DNA of 64,000 nucleotides from Mustelus asterias (lineage: Eukaryota). Within the stretch, counting starts at the first letter, position 1. The number at the start of each line of letters is the position of its first letter. The stretch lies in NCBI RefSeq assembly GCF_964213995.1, contig NC_135802.1, positions 39,618,001 through 39,682,000 of the forward strand. The letters run 5' to 3'. This document shows, one piece after another, positions 13,129 through 25,349 of the stretch. Below the pieces are notes generated by a model. It ran no database searches, had not been told where the DNA came from, and was given only the letters and a program-made list of their open reading frames with translations. Position numbers and translations under genes: made by a program.

Positions 13129-13649
13129 GTAAGTTGAAAAATGGCATACTCTATTTCCAGCCAACACATCTGGAAAGTTTCAGATGCAGTGATGAAAAGT
13201 ATCGGAATATTTGAACAATAGGTTACTTGGGAAATCAGATTGGCAAGTTGCTCAGGGAATTAAATGTTACCATTTTATTCTGTTATCGAATTCTTAAACT
13301 TGGCAGCACTGTGTTCTTCATATCATAAACTTGTGTCATACATTCAAAATCTAATTAGTAGTTATTAGAAATAATTTGATGTGTTCTATGAAGGTTTGAT
13401 ATGTGTTTGTATTTTTATGTAAGCAGAAGCAGTTATAAGCAGTTACTTAGTTATATGGAGTATTTTCTGTTTATACTACAAGTTGTGTTTTCATTTATTT
13501 CACTGACTTCAAATGATTAAATGTAGTTCATAACTATAAATTGCCTATGTATATGCATTATATGTACCTTCAACTTTTAAATAAATGTAGTCTATAAAGA
13601 AGTATGGGTCAACAATTGATCAATGTTATTTTGATTCTGATTTTTCCAG

Positions 13650-13758
13650 GTTTATTGAACATGGAGAATACAGAGGAAACTTGTATGGAACAAGCATAGA
13701 TTCTGTTCGACATGTATTGGCCAAGAATAAAGTATGCCTATTGGATGTACAATGTCAT
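13650..13758 (+). CDS. MPP7: MPP7-like exon (FIEHGEYRGNLYGTSIDSVRHVLAKNKVCLLDVQCH)
   Basis: tttttccag acceptor, gtaagt donor, 109 nt, in frame. Carries the GK motif FIE.GEY...YGT. Confidence 0.92.
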
Positions 13759-15959
13759 GTAAGTAAACACATTCCTTCAAAACACACAAGACCTTTTGGT
13801 TTGTTAGTCTTCATGAATATGCGAAAGTTGCGGTGGTACATGTTGAATAACTATGAAAGTAATAACACTCAAATTATTTAAACTCTTTTAATCTAGGTAC
13901 TCTTACATACTGCAACTTAATTATCCTACTGTAATTTATAGCAATAAGTAAAAGTTTTGATGTAGCAAAAAAGCATTTCACTTGTTGTAGTCTCTTCTAA
14001 CACAACCAAGGAGTGGAAGGAGAACAGGACTGGCAATTTATGCCCTGAGAGAACTCTTCTCTGCATGTATTGAGGTCATCTCTCAGATGTTTGTTTGCTC
14101 AGTCAACTATTTAATTCACTAACCTTGTTCAACAAAATTGTCTTTCAACTCTTAAGCATATGAAAACATGCCAATCTTCCCAGAGGCTAGAGTACAATTT
14201 TTTCCCTATTTTTGTCTCTTGTTGTGCAAACATTACCAGGCAAGATGGAAGCCATGTGACTTACCTCCAGATTCCAACTGTTAGTTACTGATGACCAAGT
14301 TGAACAGTCTAAAATAATTTTCCTTCAGATTTTCATTTTTTCTTATTGGATAGGACTGTTTATAATCGTGTGGCCAAGATCTGGAATTTGAATGGAAAAT
14401 TATGAAAGCCAACTAGTGCAATGCAGCCAAGCAATAACTAATATTAAATAAACTATGCATAAGGGACAATATGTGTGGACAGTACAGAGGAATTGAACCA
14501 TTTTTGTTCGAAGGGCACAATCTTTTGTGTAATCATTGAGGATGTGAAAGGTACATTATGAATATACCTTCTGTCTTTAGTGACTATCCTCTGTACAACC
14601 CAAGAGGAAACAAGTATATTTCTAACTCAATCATTAGGATAGTTCATTAGTCCCTTGCAGAAAATCCATAACATTAGCACAATCTGGGTGGGATCGGCTA
14701 AACTAGCACAGGAAATCTGTGAATTTTATGCATAGGTGAATTACACCAAAATACACTTGTGTTTGTGTTTTCTGTGATTATTTCCACTGATTCGATTTGA
14801 TTCACCAAAATCGAGCCTCACCCAAACTGGCCATGCCCCCAGGTCAAGATTGTCAAATTCCACCAATTGTATTGGTTTGGTAAGGCCCTTCAAATTGCAC
14901 TCATATTGCTAGACATACATGGACTAGCAGGCACATTACAGAAATTTTGCAGATCAGAAATAGTTTTTTAAGTGATCGGTATATACATGTGAAACTATTA
15001 AATTGTTCAATGGTTTTTTGAAGTCATTTTCAGTGATATTTGGACTGGATTTTCAGAGTCAGGATCAGATTCCAGCATTCCCTACCACATTCTTGAGGTT
15101 TCTGATTTTCTGAAGTGCGTTTTTAAGGATGTCGACTGGTTAAGGCCAAAGGCCCGCACCCTTTACTCCTGACTTGCATGGAGTCAGGCCAGGGTTTTAA
15201 TGAGTCTGGTTTGCAGCAACTCAGTGGTGTTGTGAACCATAGTTTGTATGAGGGGACCTTTGAAAGAGTTCTTGTTCCCCAAGCCAAGGTATGCCTCCCC
15301 ACCACATGCACCTAAACAACACCTATGGACCCTCATGTCCAATACCAAGCTATGCCCCTCTATCCATTCCCCATTGCTCCTCACATCTGCAATGCCAAGA
15401 TATGGCAGGGAATGCCCCCCATGAACCCTCATGGCTTCTGTCAAGCTATGCTCTTCCACCCATGCCCATTGCTCCTTATGCCTTCAATGCCAAGCTATAG
15501 ACCCTCAGCCCCCTTACCAGTTATGCCCTCGAAACAACCTCCAAGATCCCACATGCTCTAGTGACAAGGTATGCTCACTGAAAGATATCTATGTTTTCAG
15601 CCAAGAATATATATTAAGGCTTGGCTGAGAGTTCAGACATCGTTGAGTGTGTTGAAATACATGAGCACAGAAAACCCATCATTTAATTGACAGCTCACGC
15701 TCTCTGATCTCTGCTGTCAATTGCACAATATTTATTTACACAAGATTAAAATGTTTCAAGTATTTGTAGTTTCAGCTATTGAAACTGGATAGGATATAGA
15801 TGATTAACACTTTTGTAAAAGGACATTTTTAACACCGTGAAAAGTTATGAATGAATTACATTTACTACACGTCCTATTGTCACTATAAGGTTCATTGTTT
15901 CTTCTATACTGTGTATAGTGACACACTGAACATGGTAGTACCACAGCTTGACGTAGGGG

Positions 15960-17265
15960 ACATGAACCATAGAAAGGGTAAGGAACAGAAATAAGTCACT
16001 ACGGCCATCGTGTCTGTGCTGGCCGAAAATGAAAAAAATAAAAATCTAGCTGTCCATTCAAGTGCCTGGTCTATAGCCTTGCACATTACAGTAGTTTGGG
16101 TGCAGGTACAAGTATTTTTTAAATGAGTTGAGGGTTTCTGCCTCCACCACCTAACCAGGTGAATTCCAAACTTCCACCATCCTCTGGGTGATGAAATTTT
16201 CCCTCCCGTCCCCTCTAATCCTTCTATTAGTCACCCTAATTATGCTCTGGTAATTTACCTCTCCACTAGGGGAAACCGAGCATCTGTAGTAATGTTTACA
16301 TCACGCAAACAGCAGGCGACGACCATCTCCAACAAGTGAATCCAACTATCATCCCTCGACATTTAATAGCATTATCATCACTGAATCTCCCATTATTAAC
16401 CTCCTGGGGGTCACCATTGACAAGAAACTGAAATGAACTAGCCATATAAATACTGTGGCTGCAAGAGTAGGTCAAGGGCTAGGAATCCTGTGGTAAGTAA
16501 TTCACTACTTGACTCCCAAAGCCTGACCGCCATCTACAAGCCACAAGTCAGGAGTGTGATGGGATACCTCCACTTCCCTGGATGAGTAGACACCATCCAG
16601 GATAAATCAGGCCGCTTGACCAGGACTACTTCCACAAATGCTTCATCCACCACTGACGAACAATGACAGCAGTGTGTACCATCTACAAGCTCTTCACACA
16701 GGAATCACCAAATCCCTAACCGCTAGCATCTAGAAGGACAAGGCCAACAGAGACATGGGAATACCACACCTGGAATTTCCCCTCCAAGCCACCATCCTGA
16801 CTTGGAAACATGTTGCCTGTCCTTCACTGTCGCTGGATCAAAATCCTGGAATTCCCTCCCTAGCAGCACTGTGGGTGTACTTACACCACGAGACTGCAGC
16901 AACTCAAGACGTCAGCTCAGCACCACCTTGAGGGTAATTGGGGATGGACAATAAATGCTGGCCTAGCCAGCGACACCCACATTCTGTAAATGAATAAAAA
17001 AATATGCCTGTCTACCCTATTTAGCCCCACTTTAATTCTGTATACCTCACGGCCTCCTCAGTTCCAAGGAACACAATCCCTGCTCATCCAATCTTTTGTC
17101 ATTTTCAAGCCCTGGCAACATTCTTGTAAGTCTCCTCTTGTTTCTTCCAGAGTAATTATGTCCTTCCAGTAATGTGGTGAGCAGAATTGTACACAAAGTT
17201 CCAGCTGTGGCCTAACCAGTATTTTATACAGTTCCATCATTACATTCCTGCTTTTGTATTATACA
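15960..17265 (-). mobile_element. Old CR1 3' fragment interrupted by a + strand LINE fragment (~16280-17000)
   Basis: ORF 17058..17240 reads LYKILVRPQLELCVQFCSP, with a CR1-type tail near 15970. Boundaries are approximate. Confidence 0.6.
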
Positions 17266-17677
17266 CTTCATCCAATGAGTGGCCATGTGGGTTGGATGGA
17301 GGGGTGTACCTTGGCATGAGGGGCTCTATAAATTATTGGGGGACGAGGCATGGTTTGACATGAGGGATATAAGGGCCATGATTGGGCATGCAGAATGTGT
17401 GGGAGGGTGAAAGCTGGAAGGTCTTTGTATGTTAACTGGGCAAAGTCCCATAGCACTGATGCAGGTCTTTTGAACAGTGCATTGGCACCCAGAAGTCTTT
17501 GTGGCTGCCTCCAAATTTTTTCCCAGGTCCGCTGGCCGGACGCCAGCTCATAACCACCTGCCCCCCCCACGATGCAAATTGCATCCTTCCAGGCACTTTC
17601 CCCTGAGGTGAATGGGCAAGCTGGGAATCCTCCCGCTCCCCAGCTCGAGGATAAAAATCCAGGTCTTTAAACATTTA

Positions 17678-17778
17678 GGGCGGTATTTTCTGGTGCTCAC
17701 CCCAAGGCCGGAAATTCCTGCCCGATGTCAACTGACCTTTGCAATTCCCGTGGCGGATGGGACGGGAAAATTCCGCCC
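17678..17778. mobile_element. 101-bp PIF/Harbinger-type MITE
   Basis: TIRs gggcggtattttc / gaaaattccgccc, with TTA duplicated at 17675-17677 and 17779-17781. Confidence 0.8.
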
Positions 17779-19481
17779 TTAGTGTTTAAATGAATTGTAT
17801 TGTTATGTAATTTATGTTGCACCATTAGCCTCTTTGTCAAGTTGTTATTGGCTGCGATTCTGCTCCTAAATGCCCATTCCAGCAGGAAATCCAAAGTGTT
17901 TCCCACTGGAGTTGGTAGGTAGGACTCACCTGATCAATAGAAATTGATGCATCATGGGAAATACGATGGCCAGCCATGCATTTCAGAGATCAGGGCACTA
18001 TTTTAAAGGGCACCCTGATCTCAGCATACAGCCACAGGCCCCCTTTCCCCACAACAGAAGAGGTGACACCACCTCTCCCAACTAGCTGACCAGGGGAACA
18101 CATTCAACCCCTCAGCACAGGGGGGACCCTCACTCCCCACCCCCCCACCCCCGAGAAAGTAGGTCACCCCTGCACCATGCAGGTGTGAGGGTAATACAAC
18201 CCTCCCCCCACAACCAGACAAGGACTCTGCTAAAGGGTCCCCTCAGACCCAGCATCCTCTTCCTGGTCCTGCCGCTTGGCAGTGCCAAACCTTGGACTGC
18301 CCCGATGGTGACATCCTGATCTAGCGGGTTGGATGGGTGGGGGGCGGTGGGGGGGGAGGCCGCGGTTGTCAAGCAAGTAAGTAATCTGCTCATATGTCCC
18401 TCTGCCAGGCTGCAGAGGGAGGGTCCTCCAAGAGACCTGGGGGTCGACACTGCAGTTAGAAAAGATAAAAGTCTTTATTGCTTTAAGGTTGCCTGCTGCT
18501 GTCATGCAGAACTAGGATGTTTAGAAACATTGCGGTTAGGAACAAAGCGGGGTACTTCAGATTCATTCAACTGTGAAGGAAAAGATCAATAAACAAATCT
18601 GGAGCATGCTGTGAAAAATCCATTAAGTTATCAGCCAAAGGCTTATTCAAAGTACTGAACCGTGAAATTGAATGAGGACAAATGTCTTCAAAGACTGGCA
18701 ATGAATTTCAAAAGACATCAAAAACTGGCCATTGTTTTGATCTTTCTAGGAAGGCTCAGAGATTTCAAACAAATGCAGTGTTACAGATATAGAACTGAGT
18801 GAGCAGCTGTGGGGAAAGATATCTTTCATTCTCCTCCCCCCCAGTTAAAGCGACTTCTGTGAGTCAAAGGACTTCATAAGGGGCTTCCGACACCTGCAGC
18901 TTCTTGGAGAGAGAAAAGGGGATCCCTTCTGCAGTCAGGAGTGCTGTGATTTGCAAGTCTTCCAGGTGTCCAGGGGCATGGAAATTAAATTGAACAGGTC
19001 ACTTCAAAGTTTTCACAGTACACTGAGCAGAATGAAAGATCAGAGAGTAATGCCAAGAGTAATGTTCAGGTATCCCAAAGCTAGATCTCCATCCCAGGGG
19101 AAAGTCCCAAGGTCAATCCCTTCCCCCGGCCCAAGTCCTCCCAGGTCCTTTGGGCACCTCTGTAGCCTGGCTGCAGCAGAGGGGCACATAGTCACTGCAC
19201 ATACCTCTGTGATCCCCCTCAGAGTCCACCATGATAGATCCACGAATGTTAGGTCATCACCAAAGCCCCCCCCTCCCCCAGTGCATTTCCTGCTGGGGAG
19301 GCAGGTGCATCATGGGAGGCCACTCAATCGGGCTTTCAGCCTGCTGAAGAGATTACAATGAGCAGTTTTGCATAATCAACGGGTTCCTGGCTGGTCTGAT
19401 TGGGGCTGTCTGGGTTAATTGCGACGGGTTTTCTGCCCATTGAGAACCCCAGTTTAGGTTCAATGCCCCATTCAGTGGGGT

Positions 19482-21092
19482 CATAAGACATAGGAGCAGA
19501 ATTAGGCCACTCGGCCCATCGAGTCTGCTCCGCAATTCAATCATGGCTGATTTTTTTCTCATCCCCATTCTCCTGCCTTTTCCCCATAACCCCTCATCCC
19601 CTCATTAATCAAGAACCTATCTATCTCTGTCTTAAAACACTCAATGACCTGGCCGCCACAGCCTTCTGCAGCAAAGAATTCCACAGATTCACCACTCTCT
19701 GGCTGAAGAAATTCCTCCTCATCTCTGTTTTAAAGGATCATCCCTTTAGCCTGAGGTTGTGCCCTCTGGTTCTAGTTTTTCCTCCTAGTGGAAACATTCT
19801 CTCCACGTCCACTCTATCCAGGCCTTGCAGTATCCTGTAAGTTTCAATAAGAACACCCCTCATCCTTCTAAACTCCAACAAGCACAAACCCAGAGTCCTC
19901 AACCGATTCTCATATGACAAGCTCTTCATTCCAGGGATCATTCTTGTGAACCTCTTCTGGATCCTTTCCAACGCCAGCACATCTTTCTTTAGATATGGGT
20001 CCCAAAACTGCTCACAATACTCCAAATGGGGTTTGACCAGAGCCTTATACAGCCTCAGAAGTACATCCCTGCTCTTGTATTCTAGCCCTCTCGACATGAA
20101 TGCTAACATTGCATTTGTCTTCCTAACTGCCGACTGAACCTGCACATTAACCTTAAGAGAATCTTGAACAATGACTCCCAAGTCCCTTTGCATTTCTGAT
20201 TTCCTAAGCATTTTCCCATTTAGAAAATAGTCTGTGTCTCCATTCCTCCTTCCAAAGTGCATAACCTCACACTTTTCCACATTGTATTCTATCTGCCACT
20301 TATTTGCTCACTCCCCTAACCTGCGCAAGTCCTTCTGCAGCCCCCCTGCTTCCTCAATACTACCTGCCCCTCTACATATCTTTGTATCATCTGCAAACTT
20401 AGCAACAGTGCCTTCAGTTCCTTCTTCCAAATCGTTAATGTATATTGTGAAAAGTTGTAGTCCCAGCACTGACCCCTGAGGCACACCACTAGTCACCAGC
20501 TGCCATCCTGAGAACGACCCCTTCATCCCCACTCTCTGCCTTCTGCCAGTCGACCAATCCTCTATCTGTTTTTTACACAGAGGGACGTTTTTTACACAGA
20601 GGGTGGTGGGGGCCTGGAATGCGCTGCCAAGTAGGGTGGTGGAGGCAGACACGCTGACATCGTTTAAGACTTGCCTGGAAAGTCACATGAGCAGTCTGGG
20701 AATGGGGGGATACAACGAATGGTCTAGTTGGACCAATGAGCGGCACAGGCTTGGAGGGCCAAAGGGCCTGTTTGCTGTGCTGTAGTTTTCTTTTTTCTTT
20801 GTTCTGTGCCAGGATCTGACCCTTAACACCATGGGCGCTTAACTTATTTAACAGTCTCCTATATGGCACCTTGTCAAAGGCCTTCTGGAAATCTAAATAA
20901 ATCACATCCACATCCACATCTCCTTTATTTAACTTCCTTGTTACCTCCTCAAAGAATTCTAACAGATTTGTCAGAATTGACCTCCCCTTGACAAAGTGCT
21001 GACTCGGCCCTACTTTGTCATGCACTTCCAAATACTCTGCAATGTCATCTTTAATAATGGACTCTCAAATCTTGCCAATGACTGAAGTCAGG
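19482..21092 (-). mobile_element. 5'-truncated CR1 (RT region and 3' UTR)
   Basis: ORFs 19738..20280, 20308..20652 and 20573..21031 carry KAFDKVP, GVPQGS, FADD and HLEYC motifs. Confidence 0.9.
20570..20802 (+). mobile_element. CR1 3' end inserted antisense into the 19482-21092 CR1
   Basis: FFTQRVVGAWNALP coding sequence plus tail. TCTGT lies at both junctions, and ttttttacacagaggg is duplicated at the 5' end. Confidence 0.85.
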
Positions 21093-22608
21093 ACATTGGG
21101 ATTCTCGTTAGCGGTGAACAAGGTTGATGAATTCCCCCCCACCCCCCCCCCCCCCCCCCCCACCCCGGTTATAAATGAGAATTGGTTCTCAATTGACTTA
21201 CCCCTATTAAAAAACCTGTTTATTTGTACTGTTAAACCAATTTTATCTGTATTAATAAAACTACACCAGGTTGCCATCCTTAAATACTTACTTGCTGGAA
21301 GGATATATTCGGTTTGATTATGCTGCTGGATTGCTCTGGTTCATAACAGATTTTACATTTGTGATTCTGCCAATAAATAGAAAATTGAAGCCTCACAAAA
21401 TGTGCAATTTCCTGACTCTGCCTGAATTAGAAATTTTTGCCCCCATACATTTAGTCATTTAATGTATACTAAACCCCAAAATTGTAAATATTTGATGTGG
21501 AAAATATTAACAAAATTCAAAAACAGTAAAATGTGTGGAGAATCGGAGAATTTGTTTTATTGCAAAACAACTGCAGTCCACAAATTCCCAAATCCAACAG
21601 TATAACGGTTTGAGTACTGCAACTATGAGCAGATTTTATGGTTGTAATGATGGCAAAACTGTCACCGTTGGTCATCATTACAACTTCTGGCATCCATGCA
21701 AGCATAGTTAAACAAGGAAATCCAGAAGTTGCTGTCAGCGATTTTCCCACTCCTCCACAGGTTGTGCTGTGAAGACCCCACCAATGGACACTTGACTTTT
21801 AAAAATCCTTGAAAATGTTATGTTTTGTTGAATGAGGTGCAACTGGGTCTTTAACTGCATTCCATGTTCATAATTGCTGCTGAACAACCTCTTTGGCCCT
21901 GAAAACATATTTTACATCTACAGAATGTCAAATTTTCCATTATGAATAACAAATTCTATGAATTTTTCAAATATTATATTTCAGCTTCTACCTTCCCAAT
22001 TTTTATTTGTCTGTAAAATTATTAAAATCTGAATATTAATTGTTTTCTGTGTGAATTCTTCAATGTGATCAGCTGCTTAACCTGCTTCATGATATCACTG
22101 CTGCTGGACAGTGGAAATCTCCTTCGAGTTGATGCTGCTAATGTTAGAGAAAGGTGAAAGCCGGCCTACAGAATGCACTAGTTATTCGTGGACAGTTATC
22201 TTCAATGTTTATGGTGAGCGTCATGGCTGTCCCATTGACCAAAAAGTGCAGGCCTGCATGTTTAATTAACAAGTATGATAATTGGGCTCATGTTGACTGC
22301 CATTCTTCTTCCCTCTAAAGATTTTGACTGTTCTCTCTGTGGGTGGCAAAGAATGTGTATTGTTGAAAATATCCCGAGCAATGTTTTAGACATGACTTTT
22401 CTCACACAATCCAGGGATTGCATCACATCAGAGACTTATTAGGCTCTGAGCTGACTTTTTAATGATCACATTATTACTGGCATGACCACGAGTAATTTAG
22501 CAAATCATTTTGTGCAGCATTGGCTTTAGAATACACAAAATGCATGTGATAGGTCAACTGGAGCTTCAATTCTTCATTTTCAGATGATTGCTGCACAACC
22601 AATGTTTA

Positions 22609-22649
22609 CCCCACCCCAGTCCAACACCAGCACCTCCATCCACATCGTG
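22609..22649 (+). mobile_element. Solo PLE tail insertion with 14-bp flanking direct repeat ACAACCAATGTTTA
   Basis: ccccagtccaacaccagcacctcc..cacatcgtg matches the PLE tail ccccagtccaacgccggcatctccacatcatg. Repeats are at 22595-22608 and 22650-22663. Confidence 0.72.
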
Positions 22650-23427
22650 ACAACCAATGTTTAGTCATCAGGTACCATCCCATATTTGATAAACTACGTG
22701 ACTGCCTTTGAAAGGTTTACATTGGAATCTATCCACGCCTATTTCATTTTGCACTTGGCTTGCTCTCATACAGTATATATAACCTGCAGAGTTGGTTTGG
22801 TTTGTTCTGCCATCCGGAACATTTCACTTCTGTGAGTTAGCTGTGAAAAATGCAAAACAAATTTCTAGCCACCTTTTTTGTTGTAGACAATGTTATTAAA
22901 TGTCTCTGGGCGTGGGTCACCCAAATCATTTATGCAAGATGACTGACTTCACTCGTGGCAGTTAGAAATAGCAAAAGCAAGATTGCTCCAGTTACAAGGC
23001 TTTTCCCAAGTTACAACAAGGTGATTTCTGTTTCCTTTTTTCAAGACATGACACATCGTGGAACATTAGATGCACTATGCTTTTCAATACTGGAAAAGCT
23101 GTGTAAAATAACATGGATAGTCAAATCTGCCAAGCGAGAAAGAAAAACTGTGAAAGCTGGAAATGTATAGTGTATCTGTCAGCATCTGAACATACAAGTT
23201 AACAGCAGTAGGCCACTCTGTCCTTCAAGCCTGCCCCAATAAGCACTGCTTAAAAATTTTGGATGGCTGTTCTTTGCCGATTCTGATAACTACCTGAAAT
23301 ATTAACCTATCTTTTCTCTTCTTTTGCTTTTGGTCAGATGGTAAGACTAATTCTGTTTCCTAGAAATTTAGAATTATTGCAAGCAATGCAATATTTTAGC
23401 TTGGGCTAACTTGTACTTGGCAAAGAT

Positions 23428-23830
23428 TTTTTGATTTGATTTATTATTGTCACATGCATTGGTATACAATGAAAAGTATTGTTTCTTGTGCACAATACAG
23501 GCAAAGCATACCGTTCATAGAGTACATTGGGGAGAAGGAAAGGAGAGGGTGCAGAATGTAGTGTTACAGTCGTAGCGAGGGTGTAGAGAAAGATCAACTT
23601 AATATAAGGTGGTCCATTCAAAGGTCTGATTGCAGAAGGGAAGAAGCTGTTCTTGAGTTGGTTGATACGTGACCTCAGACTTTTGTATCTTTTTCCCGAT
23701 AGAAGAAGGTGGAAGAGAATATGTCCAGGGTGCATGGGGTTCATGATTATGCCAGCTGTTTTTCCGAAGCAGCGGGAAGTGTAGACAGAGTCAATGGATG
23801 GGAGGCTGGTTTGCATGATGGATTGGGCTA
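23428..23830 (-). mobile_element. 3' end of a Rex1/Babar-like LINE
   Basis: ORF 23406..23816 reads HPGHILF.LL.SGKRYKSLRSR..QLKNSFFP.AIR.LN, with an (atcaa)n tail. Confidence 0.65.
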
Positions 23831-25007
23831 GCGAGGGTGTAGAGCAAGTGTTTTTCTGAAGCTATTTCAATCAAAAATGATCCACTTGAAGAAATGGTCT
23901 CTAGAGCATTATGTAGAGAAACCTGTGGAGTGGTGGTGAAGGTAACATGATCAAGCCTCCCCTCTTCTTGCAATCTACTTGTAAAAAGATAATTTTGCTA
24001 GTTGTCTGATCATTAAATTTTGGATGTGATACATGCTATAATATTAATGGCACCTTTTTAAAGTTTACTCCACTGGCAGCCTTTGGTACATGCCCTACTG
24101 CTCTTGATGGATGATAAACTTTGGGGATCTAAGTATTGCTCATATTTCCTCAGTCAATAATGGTATTGTGTTATTTCAGTCATCTTGTTATGATTTGATT
24201 TCAATGGACTGCTGAAGTCAGTTTGTCACAGAGATCAAAGCTGCCTCAGGTACTTGTATTAAAATAAAAGTGGTCATTCAGTTTAACTGCTTGTTTGAAA
24301 TGATGCTTGTGCATAAGCTGGCCTTTCCAACATAATGATGCTTACTGGAAATACATTTCCATAGAGTAACAGAAATGATTTGCTTACTTGAAGCAATCAA
24401 TTTTACCCAAAATTGGAGAACTAGATATCCAAGTTTCCTATTTGAGCTGGCCCCTTACTGAAGGTGCTCCTGAAACTATGCACAAGATTTCCTGTGGGTT
24501 TCAGGACCCTGCTGTTAGGTCAAATGGAGCTCAGAAACCTGCACTGTGTGGGAAATAGTTGCACCAGAGCACCCCTCCTCCCTGAGGCAAATTTGGAGAC
24601 AGAGTTAGTGGTAAGATCAGGTGGTAGGGGTTCCCACTGCCTTCCCACCTCTCTCAAATTAAGTATAGGGCAGCAAGACTTACAGGCAGCCATCCTGCCT
24701 GGAGGCCAATTGAGGCCCTTAAAGGTGGTAGCGAATCACCATCCGGGGAGGCTGCCAAGTAAACTTTGTCCAATTTGCCTGTGGTCCTCTGGGGTGCAGT
24801 GGGTTGGGGAGACTGCTCTTGTTCTCAGCACATCAGGGCACGCAGAATCAAGATTTCAAGTGCCCACAGTAAGCCAACACTTTTCCCCCCGCCCCCCCAC
24901 TCCACTTTGCCCTTGGTGTTGACCACCTCCCCAGTGGTTGATACTCACTCCCTGAGAATCCCATCCCATTCTACATGTCTCTGGAGGATCCATTGCTGAT
25001 TCTCTGG

Positions 25008-25300
25008 GTAGGCAGGGTGGCACAGTGGTTAACACTGCTGCCTCACAGCACCAAGGACCCAGGTTCGATTCCCGTGTCTGTGCGGAGTCTGCATGTTTTC
25101 CCCGTGTCTACATGGGTTTCCCCCAGGTGCTCTGGATTCCTCCCACAGTCCGAAAGATGTGCGGTTCGTGCATTGGCCATGCCAAATTCTCCCTCAGTAT
25201 ACCCAAACAGGCGCGGGAGTGTGGCGACTAGGGGATTCTCACAGTAACTTAATTGCAGTATTAATGTAAACCTTCTTGTGACACTAATAAATGAACTTTA
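25008..25300 (+). mobile_element. tRNA-derived V-SINE variant with a non-CR1 tail
   Basis: Same head and V-domain as the other SINEs, but the 3' part is gtggcgactaggggatt...cactaataaa. Confidence 0.75.
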
Positions 25301-25349
25301 AAATTCCCTGTCACCACTTGGGGCTCTTGGAGATCAGGTCAACAGATTT

